64,000 nt of DNA from Lingula anatina (taxonomy: Eukaryota; Animalia; Brachiopoda): contig CM120649.1 in NCBI GenBank assembly GCA_051362555.1, forward strand, positions 14,508,001 through 14,572,000, given 5' to 3'. The notes beneath the pieces are model-generated. The model did not search any database. It saw nothing but the letters and a program-made list of their open reading frames with translations, and was not told where the DNA came from. Shown here in pieces: positions 53,828 to 64,000 of this stretch (position 1 is the stretch's first letter; the number at the start of each line of letters is the position of its first letter). The position numbers and the translations under genes are program-made.

Positions 53828-56800
53828 AGCTTTGTCATCCTGTACCAACCATCAACACCATTTGTCCCTACCTACCCTTCCCTTCATAAAAAAATAATTA
53901 AATAAAATCAATATTTTATTTACCTTTTTACTGCAATCAACTTGAGTACTGTGTTGGACTGGCGTAGCTGGCCTGGGCTAAGAATGACTGGGTATCTGGA
54001 ATGACAAACAGTAAACATAGATAGTTCAACCCATAACAGACCATAACAGTACCCGGCGCCTGTGTGGGCAATGCAGGACATGTGCGTGTATGTTGCTGAT
54101 AATGTTAACAATGCAGGTATCACTTTTAATAGAGTTTTGAGTGGTTGTGTGTATGGGGTGATTTGTTGTGTTATCTTTTTTGTGAAATGTGAAGATTGGG
54201 AAGTATGTTTGTGCAGGGGTTGACGGAGAGATAATGTGTGTAAGTATGGGTATGTGTGGTTGTATGTATGCGTGTGTGGTTGTATGTGTGTATGTGTTTG
54301 GGAGGGGGGGGGGAGGAGACAGGGAGAAAGTGCATGCATTGGTATATGGTCAATAGATACACTTGCCATAAAATGAAATGTTTGCAGAATTTTTAAATCA
54401 ACTGACCTGAGCAGCCATGACTGATTCTGAGGATTACATATTGTTCAGAAATTAAAAACTACCCTCATAAATATTATATGTATAGATAACAAAAGGACAA
54501 ATGAACATATTATAATATGGTTGCACTTATACAACCTACACAGTGTTTCTGGTACAGTCACCAATATGTTACAATTTGTTGATTTTCTCTCCTATCTATT
54601 ATTTTAATATGTAGTGCACTGGCTTTGCACATTGTATTTCTAATACAATATACATATTTTATTTACTTTATTATGCTTGAACAATTAAGCATGATGTGAG
54701 TGCAACATGTTGTTCACTGCTACAATAACAACAATAATGCAATTTCACAGTGAACATGAATGCTTATTGCCACAGATACCCAACCAAAACTTGCATATAT
54801 GTCCATATCATACATTGTGTAAAATATACAGATGATAAACTCTTTTTTTTAATTCCCCTAATTGGGCTCTAACTTTAAAGTATAAAAAGTTTTAAAACTG
54901 AATATCTAATCTTAAGCTGATTGGCATGAGATTCAAAACTGAAACAGAACTGAGATAACGAAAAATGATAAGCAAGGAGGCGATATCAAAAATGGGTTCA
55001 TTTTTGTGCTTCCTAGAGAAGTGAATCAAATAATTTCAGGATTGGACAGATCTTTTAGGCCCACTGATTTTGTTTGTCGGGAATATCAGGCCATCTTTTA
55101 AATCCACGGCAAACACACATACACAGTTTTATACAAACTAGATGCACACCTCTTTCCTGTAGTTTCTGTAGTTAATCTAGTGTGAAATCACTGTCCTTTC
55201 ACATCATCCAGTGACATTTATTTCAGCTTAACGCTGTGGTCTTGGTGTACCTGTATGTGACAGTGAAGAGAAGATGACAGCCAGATTTGTCATCATTAAG
55301 TAGGAATTAACTGGGGGGCAAGGTGTCAACCTCGGGTCTATGTGAGCTGTCACAGGGATCTTTTTTTTTACATTCTTGTTTTTTATTTTCTTTTGTAACT
55401 GCTACTACAATTATTGTTTTGAAGTTTATGTTTTACAGGGAACAGAATTTCTTGGTCTCTCTCATATAAGACCCTATGGACTCTAAGCAGTATACATTTC
55501 TTTAGCTTTTCTAAAACCATTATTTTATTCAACGTCTGTAATTTGCATGCTCTCTTTTTTTTTAATGTTGTTAAAATAGCTTCCTCTTTTTTTTCATGGC
55601 AGGTGTGACTTTGACAAACAGGCTACTGATCCTGAACTGTCATTTTTATAATTCCACTATTAAAAAGTCAAAAAGTCACCAGGCAAAGAACACAATTTAA
55701 AAACTTTGTGAATGAACCTCTATTTCTTTGATGTTAAACCTGATTTTTAAAAACTGTCAATCAAATAGAAGACTCAAGGTGTTAGTTGGAAGTAGATTTT
55801 TTTAACATATGCTTTGGACGCTAAGGCATAATCTGATGTGAATCAGTTTTAAAAATAACCCCACCTTGACTATCACAACCAAACTTCTGCAGATGACAGT
55901 CATCAAAAACATTTTTTTTAAAACAAAAATCTCAAATTTGACTAAATTCATCAAAGACTTGGTAGTAAAAGTTGAGGAAGTGTCCTGGATGCTTTGCTCT
56001 TATAGTAAGTATTATACCTGTAAACAAAAACAACACAGCTGCTTGCCACTCTTACCTTGCAATCAAGAGTCATTAAATCCTCTCCAACAACAACAAAAAT
56101 CCTCATCAACAACAACAAAAAAAATCCTACTCTCTTTGATTTCATACAAGACACTGTCAGTCAAATGGAAGACTTGAAGGAAAAAATCAGCAGAGGTGTG
56201 TTGTGCACCTATATCTCCCGGTACACTCTGCTTGTCCCTCCACACTTTACTATTGACAATATCGGAGGTGACAGTATGGTGGGGAGAGTCCATTCTGACA
56301 CAAATAAAAGGGGGGCAAGGTGGGTGATTTAGGACATACTGGTGGTGGGCAGTGTCATGTGTGTCACGAGGGGGTTACTTTTATGTTTAAATGGGTGGAT
56401 TATCTGGGTGCACTCGTATAATGTTCTTACAGAGTTTTAATTTTTTTTATGTTTGTATTTATTTGTTTTTATTTATCCATCCATACATTCATTCCTACAG
56501 TTATATTTATTTTTTATCTATTTTCATCTGTTAAATTATTTTTATTATTTGGTTGAATTTTTATTTGTTTATTTATTTATTTATTTATTTATTTATTTTG
56601 TTCATTTGTAAGATCAGCTTCAGATGATGTTTTCAAAAACAAAAAATCAAAAAGATAATCACAAACTGTATAACACAAAAGAATCTACAATACATTTAAA
56701 ATAACAAAGTTTTCACTCAAAAGTGGCACACTAATATCAGAAGATGATGGCACAGGCTCAAACCTCTTAGGAAATCTCAGATATTAAAATGCTGGGCTAC

Positions 56801-58662
56801 CTCCCAACCTCACCCCCTGTGTCTTAATTCCTACTACATTGATTAACATACCTCAGCCCTTGCAATCATTAGCAGGGCATATTTCTGGTATTGAATTACT
56901 ATCAAGGGTCCCCCTGGCTAATAAGGCTGAATGATTTTAATAAGGAAACCTTGGACTTGTGTATGGCTCTAGCTACACTGGGATCACTGTAAAACAGTTC
57001 ATTCCTGCTCCATTGAGGTTGGGTTTTTTTGTGTTTTGACTTTTGGCTCCAAAGAAATAACCTTGTCTCAAGAATATAGTGATGTGTATCAGATTATTGG
57101 TAAAAGATCATTGTGATTTGTGGCAAATTGTCCGTTTTATCACATTTCTTTAACCATGGATGTTGACGTATGTGGTACATTATAATAGCAAAAGATTAAT
57201 TTACTACAGTAGGTCAAAGATTTGACGTCTTACCACTTGTGAACTATGGAAGATTTTATACATTACACTTCACACAGAAACACTGGAGTCTGGGCTCTGC
57301 ATGATGTAATGTAGCCAATACCTGTTTTTGAATATTAACCGGTTCAGATGCGTAGCAGAAAGTAATGTGTGAACAGGGGAGGTCTTTCTGGTACATTGAG
57401 GTTACTAATTGTACCGTATATCAGGTGGTCAATAGAGAGGTAGAAAGTAGATATTATAGTTTTTGTTTTCTCATTTGTTTGCTTTTATCGACAATCTGCC
57501 AATCTTACCTTATGTTCCAATAGTAATAATTGGCTTCAATAGGGTGCTGTGCACTGGGAAGTAATTTTTAGATCAATTATAATATAATATTATCGTTCAA
57601 TTTATTTGCCTTCTATTATATAAGGTATATTTTTTATTTTAGTTCATTTGACTTTTTTTTTTTAATTTTAATGACCTTTTTACAAAAAGTCTGAAGTTTG
57701 TGTACATGATTTCATGCTCACAAATTAAGCCAGACAAAAGTTTTTAATGTGAAGAATGATGTCAGATGTATAGCACTTAACACAGTGAAGTTTTAACTAA
57801 TGGCAGCTGGTCAAGGAAACAAGAAAATAAAAAGTTATGACTTATATGTTGCCATTTGTATTAGCAGTGAACAAGACCAGGTGAAATAAATTTCCCTCAG
57901 TTACAGGTAATATTATAAATATCACTTCTTGCTATCAGGTATATCTAATCATTTCCAACACACTGAAATATTCTTATTAATCTTGTCACCAAGATGTCTG
58001 TCAACATTAATCAGAATATAACAAGCTCTAGTTTAATAGTAATTATATATCTATTGTTAATGACCCCCTTAATCCACATGGAGTGACCAGTGGTCAAGAT
58101 GACCATGCTGTGTGGTCATTAGTGGTCAGTCACAGAGGGTCAGTGTGTTGTAATGGGACTTACAGGGGTAATTGACTTAATGAGGGTTATTACTCTTCCA
58201 TTGTTTTCACTGTAAAATTCTTCCATTGGTTCTACTATCAAGTAAAATTGGCCTGTTTGTTGAAAAATGTGTTCATATGTAATTTTGCCCTTTTTTTCAG
58301 AATCCATTGATAGTTTTTATTCTGTCCTTATTTGGAAAGAGGTAATTCCACATTTATTTTTCATTTAAAGATTTATTTAAAGTCTCTGTTAACTTTAATA
58401 TCTTATCTCCTACCTGTGGTCAGTGTTGTAACGAGCCTCGTTAGAATAATCTGGACAAATGATCTGCTAATGAGGACCAATATTCCCACAGCTTGTGACT
58501 TGTGCATGTGTGTCTGATTGTTAATTTGGTAGTGTGATGAGATTAAGATAAAATATTCACCTGACTTTACATCTTATCTGCATGCCTGTTTTCTGAGGCC
58601 ATTAAGATTGATTTATATAATCTATTTTCTTAAAAATGAAAGTAGATACAGTGTACCCTTCT

Positions 58663-58878
58663 TGGAGGCAGATCCAAGATTAAGAATGGGGAGGGGAAGA
58701 GACAAAAATTTGGTCGCTATTTCTGCCCTCTCCTAACCACCCAGGCTATGGTAATCAATGTTTTTCAAGGCTCCATGGACTTAAAAGTCTTTTTCCCTTT
58801 CCTCCTCTTTCAAAGGGCTTGAGAAAGAGAATTTTCATTTGGAAAAAGAGGGAATGGTATGCCCTGGATCTGGCTATA
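58663..58878. mobile_element. Degenerate MITE of the CAGGGGCGGATCCAG type
   Basis: TGGAGGCAGATCCAAG and CCTGGATCTGGCTATA each match CAGGGGCGGATCCAGG at about 11/16 in inverted orientation. Confidence 0.35.
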
Positions 58879-59881
58879 CATCTATACATCAAAATATTAG
58901 AAATAATTCTCAGGTTATGTGATATATGGTTGATATTAGCCAGATTGCTGCATATGATATGATTCATGGAAAATATCAAAATATAATGGCAGGTCAGTCG
59001 GTACAACTTTACATGTATGAGATGAATACATAAAATCTACAGGCTGCAATTTTCTCTTTCCTGATCCTTGCAACAGTAGAAAAAAACAACCCATGCTGTG
59101 TATAAAAGCAAGGGCGAAAGACAAATTTTCTTTCAAAATTTGTATTCAAGTGGCCAATTATTGAAGAGAGACGCTAAGCAAGGCGTGTGATGAAGCACCT
59201 GCCCTGCTGGGTGTACCATCCCAAGTAGCTATTCAAAATCAAAACTTTTTCTTACAAACAAAGCCCTATCTCTGAGTTCCCCTGCAAGGAGGAAACCCTG
59301 TGCCTAATTTTAACAAGATATAAAAATGATCTAACCCAAATTGAAACCCCACCAAGATGGCAATTTGCTGAAAGAAAACCAGCGATGTCTGATGAAAGTC
59401 CAATGTGCTCCTGCCGTGTTACCATATTTCCCCAGGCACAGGGGAGGCTTGATGCTATTCTATCCCATAATTTTACACGCATTCATCGGGTCTTCTCATG
59501 CTGTGTGGGAGGGGGTTTTGAATGGAAAATTGAAAGTAAGCACACGCTGAGCAGGTTCAGGGGATTCATTGGCCGTCTTAACGTTAATGATGACTACAAG
59601 GGTTGATGAATGCGTAGTCACAACCCTACTATTCAGCGTTCCCATTCATTTTGGCACAGGAGGGAAAAACTAATTTTCACTTAATTCTCAGTCAGGATGG
59701 GCAATTTATGCAGTTTTTCAGTGCTCTTTAGTGACAGAGGCTTTGGGATACCTAGTTAACTTTCTCTAATACCTAACTTCATATTTTCTATGAAACTAGA
59801 GAAATTACTCGGCTTCATTTTATTGATATTGACCTCATTGTAAAAAAGAATTACAGGCAAAATTTACAAACAGAGTTAAAT

Positions 59882-59914
59882 GAGAGAGAGAGAGAGAGAG
59901 AGAGATAGAGAGAG
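59882..59914. repeat. (GA)n microsatellite
   Basis: Near-pure GA run. Confidence 0.9.
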
Positions 59915-60894
59915 ATCAAGTATGTGACTGCATAACCCAGGCATCAATTAACAAAGTCCATAAATCCCAGATAATCATGCAGGTAAGACATTTACACTTG
60001 TGCAATATAACACAGAGTAACACCTGAGGATGATACATCATGTCACATTACCTAACCTAGGCAATTAAGGTGCTAATGACTCCCTTAAAGGAAAGTAGAA
60101 TTGGAGAGATATTCAAACATTAAATAAGAGGGATTTTAAAAAATTGTACCTTGAGTGATGATGTCGATGTATTTTTACCCTCTCTTCTTTATATAACCCT
60201 TGTGAGATGAACTGTCAAAATATTTACGTGCATGCCTCTAAATAAATCTATTTAAGTTGTTTTTGTTTGTCAGTCTCACACATTATAAAGCAATTTAAGG
60301 TATTTTCTTTCTCAGAATAGATGCAGTAACTACTCTTTCATTGTTTGGTCAACAAGTTATTACAAGTGGCATTCTTTCAAATATAACAATAATGCCCCCT
60401 CATCAAAAAGCATTAAAACTTCATTATTCCTCATTTTCTCCAATAAAATTGAGTAAAATAGCCCCCTCTTGTACATTACTCTTCATAAACCACCTTATTT
60501 TCTCCTCCCCCAAAAACAACAAACCCTTCATTAAAGTGGTCATTGTTCACCAATGCCCACTGTATGTCACTTCCACTTATCTGGCTTGGCATTGTTGTTT
60601 TGTTTATTATACTTATTTTTTTAAAACTCCATGGTATTCTCTGCTACATAACATAAACACATTTAAACAAAGAATCTCCGTTTTAGCACTGCCGCACACA
60701 CCCAGCAAGCCTTGCCAAGAAATAGTGTATGTGTGTGTGTTTATGAGAGAAAGAGAGAGGAGGAGGAGAGATTCTAAAACATCATTTTATTTTTCTCCAA
60801 TAGATACACTGTTTTAGACCTATTCTTGTATACGGAGCTTTGTTAGTATCATATTAACTTTTTTCTATTTTCATTTAAGTTTTATTTTATGGAA

Positions 60895-60998
60895 TTTTCA
60901 CCTTGGTGAAAATTATTTTCACCGCGGTGAAAATAATTTACACCGCGGTGGAAAATAATTTACACCGCGGTGGAAAATAATTTTCACCGCGGTGGTAA
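60895..60998. repeat. Left array of 5 palindromic units (core CACCGCGGTG), period 21-22 bp
   Basis: Cores at 60899 (CACCTTGGTG variant), 60920, 60941, 60963, 60985. Confidence 0.9.
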
Positions 60999-61585
60999 TT
61001 CCTGGCCATCTCGGCCCGGGTGATAAATAGGTAATGAGAACCTTACATTTGCCAGATGCCGTCACGGTGCATGCTATTGTTACATACACACAAGGTTGGT
61101 GGATCTGTTCGTGGGGCCACTGCCGTTGTTAACTTAGGTTTCCCATCTATATTTACCACCTATATAATTAAAGTCCCGTTTGCAGTTTTATGCAAAGGGA
61201 ATCCCATTGTTATTACTAAATACTTAACGTTATTTTTGGACAATGTATTTTTAAATATTAGTGTGATGTGTTTGCCCATAGATCTTATCTTAATAGATGT
61301 AATCTCGGTTTCTTCGGAGAGGTTTCTTTTTACAAATATTCCCAATAATACGCAAGTTATTATAAAGGGAAAAGCGACGTACAACATTGCAGCATTTCGG
61401 TGATTTTTAATCTATTCGAATGCTGCCCGCTTCCTCCACATTCCTGGGATGATTGGCACATAAACTGGTTAAACCGCGTGCATGTGCATGTGAGTATCTT
61501 TATCAACTTACTTCCCAGACATCTGGTAAATTTTGGATTTGTACAACCTACATGTATGCATCACCCGGGCCGAGATGGCCAGGAA

Positions 61586-61711
61586 TTATCACCGCGGTGT
61601 AAATTATTTTCCACCGCGGTGAAAATTAATTCCCACCGCGGTGTAAATTATTTTTCACTGCGGTGAAAATAATTTTCACCGCGGTAGAAATAATTTTCAC
61701 CGCGGTGAAAA
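61586..61711. repeat. Right array of 6 palindromic units (core CACCGCGGTG), period 21-22 bp
   Basis: Cores at 61590, 61612, 61634, 61656 (CACTGCGGTG), 61677 (CACCGCGGTA), 61698. Confidence 0.9.
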
Positions 61712-64000
61712 TTCCATAAAATAAAACTTAAATGAAAATAAAAAAAATGTTAATATGATACTAACAAAGCTCCGTACTTGTATTTATTAGCAATATCACA
61801 TCTGCACACACTGCCACATACCCCCCCCCCCCCCCCAAAAAAAAAAAAAAAAAAAGCAGTGAAAAGAAATTTGGATAAAAAGAAAAGCAACAGAAAAAGG
61901 GAGTACATTAAAAACTCATCTTTTAAGTAGTTAAGCTCCATAAAGCTCATTGTTCACTGCTGAGCATCCTATCACAGCCACACACCTATCTATCCTGGCA
62001 TCTTCTCACTCAATTACACCTGTCAGTCCATATAAATCCACTGAGGTGGACACTTCATCTTGATGGACAGTGGTCTTGTTAACTGACCGTTGGTCTATGG
62101 TGGTCTGCCAGATCATGGATTAAGAATGTTCTTATCTATGTTTTGTGAAGAAAAGGGGATCCCTCCTTGGTTATTCTCTGGTTTAATTTGATTTGATTTC
62201 TAAAACTTTTTTTTTCTTCCAATTTGAGAGAAGACTTCAGAATGATGGCCCCTTGGTCTTAATAGATAGGGGTCTGGAAGACTGACTACTGGGCTCTGTT
62301 CGTTCATTAGATCATTCATTAGATCGCAAGTAAAGATTTTTTTTTGGAAAACTTTTTTTAATAGGAAAAGGGCCTCAACTCTCAACTGCAAGGTGGAAAG
62401 TCGAACCCTGGCAGAAGCAAGACTTTTCCAACAATTTCAAATGACATGTCATTGTCCTCCAGAAGTGGAAGCAGATGAGTCTCAGATTGGTGGCCATTGT
62501 TTGATGACCGCTAAGACAGCCTAGCAGACAGAAACTGTATTGGGGCCAACATGGTCTGATGGATTTTAAAAGCTACCATGGAATTAAGAGATTATGGTCG
62601 TGTAGGGTCTGTCTCGTCCAATTAATCTGCCGTTCTCAAATTATTTTCCATTCTGATATCTTCTTTTGAGGAATCAAGTTACAACAATGGTAGCACAAAT
62701 GGAAGCTACACATTTCTCATTTTTTGAAATTTGACAAATGCTTTGATCAGAAGAAACCTGTAATTTTTGTTTCCTTTTCAATGGATGGTCTCAAGTACCC
62801 TCAATTTAAAGTTGAAATGAGTTGAGATGCTTCCTTCCAATTGAATGATTTAGTATTAGAAAACGAATACGATTTGTTAAGGCAATATCTTTTTTTATAC
62901 AGAGGTGATATACTCACTCTTTTGTGAAATTCTAAAGATATTTGTTTTCCCCACCAAAAAAATCACATGGAATTCTACTTATTTCTATGATTAATTTTAA
63001 AATGTGTCATTCTTCAGTTAGGAAACTAAATATTGAACTTTCCCTATGTCTTCAAACTTGACACATGTCTCCTGTGAATTGTGTAAAAGTGCAATAGAGA
63101 GATGGCAACTCGTCAAGTGAAGAATCATTATCTTTGCTAGACAAGACAATCATTTCCATTCCATCCTTCACTGCATTCTTATACATCCTTATGAGTCTGC
63201 TACCAGTTGTCCTGAATTTGTTTCTTACCACATTATGATGTGTTCTGTTATAAATGGTAGCTAAGCCCAAAATTAATGTATAAATCCCTACATATTGGCG
63301 ATGGACATTGCCATTACTGGATTAGTCCATTGACTTTGGCGACAGATGGCCATCTGTGGTCAAGTGGTCAGTTGAAAGAATGTGTCATTCATTTAGCCAT
63401 CAGTATTTTGATTAGCATTCATTTATTTCTGTTTACATCTCAAATTTGATTAGCCAAGAACTCTTGGTTGAAGGCAAATCCTTTTCCATTGGTGATAATT
63501 TTATCCAATCCATGAGTGTATGTCATCCTTTTTTCTCGATTGCTTCCTCGGATAGCCAATAGATGACAATTATAACATCAAATCACACTCCTTTTAATGT
63601 TGTATTTCTTTAAAGTTTAATTTTGAAAGTCTAAACAATGTTGCTGGGTGAATGACATCTTATTTCTTTATTGGACGTCTTTTTTAAAGTCAAGACATCT
63701 GTATATTTACGCAGTCGGCCATGTGACATTTTCATTTTCGACCAGACTTTAGGTGACACATCTTATTAAGTTATATTACTTTTTTTTATTCTTTCCAACT
63801 TGAATTGTGCAGCACTTGAGCTACATGCTGTTCTTTTTGATTGACACATGGTTAATTGCAGAATGATACCCCTCTGTCTAAATTGCGCTGGGATGTGACA
63901 GTAAATTGCGCTTGGTGTTCCAGCGGTTTATTTGTAACTGTGATGTTTGTTTTTTATTTTTTATGTATTGTTTATTTTATTTTTATGAGGGGTGTCTTTT

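Larger units (their letters stand above)
60831..61776. mobile_element. 946-bp non-autonomous foldback DNA transposon with long modular TIRs and 6-bp TSD (IS3EU-like termini)
   Basis: TIRs 60831-61024 and 61560-61776; the first 28 bp are perfectly complementary (TACGGAGCTTTGTTAGTATCATATTAAC). CTTGTA is duplicated at 60825-60830 and 61777-61782. 535-bp unique centre, no transposase. Confidence 0.92.

Noticed and set aside
53920-54369. 149-aa minus-strand ORF and donor-like AAG|GTAAAT at 53924
   Set aside because: The ORF runs through degenerate (CA)n repeats and has no domain, and a lone donor motif is too common to support an exon.
60341-60817. 158-aa plus-strand ORF
   Set aside because: TTG start, composition typical of AT-rich non-coding DNA, ends in GT/GA simple repeats.
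60895-61711. CRISPR-like array of palindromic repeats
   Set aside because: Linkers are only ~11-12 bp, AT-only and similar to each other. The arrays are mirror images inside transposon TIRs, there are no cas genes, and the context is eukaryotic.

Overview
AT-rich, microsatellite-rich eukaryotic genomic DNA, most likely from an invertebrate animal; the taxon cannot be fixed from sequence alone. Only one convincing protein-coding region is present: an uninterrupted minus-strand ORF (5494-7335, 613 aa) encoding a type I membrane leucine-rich-repeat protein. It has a signal peptide, 2-Cys LRRNT, 9 LRR motifs, LRRCT, Thr-rich stalk, one TM helix, a His/Gly/Asn-rich tail and a C-terminal class I PDZ-binding motif (ETLV). 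The ~56 kb upstream has no credible CDS and looks like a gene desert or large intron with motif-dense putative enhancers and non-autonomous DNA transposons. Most striking are (i) a 946-bp foldback element (60831-61776) with TAC...GTA ends, a perfect 6-bp TSD and ~200-bp TIRs built from arrays of a CACCGCGGTG palindrome at 21-22-bp spacing (IS3EU-like by its ends), and (ii) one Tourist/PIF-Harbinger-type MITE inserted into the TIR of a related one (32379-32881). No rRNA, tRNA or CRISPR array is supported. All family assignments come from reading by eye and need database confirmation.
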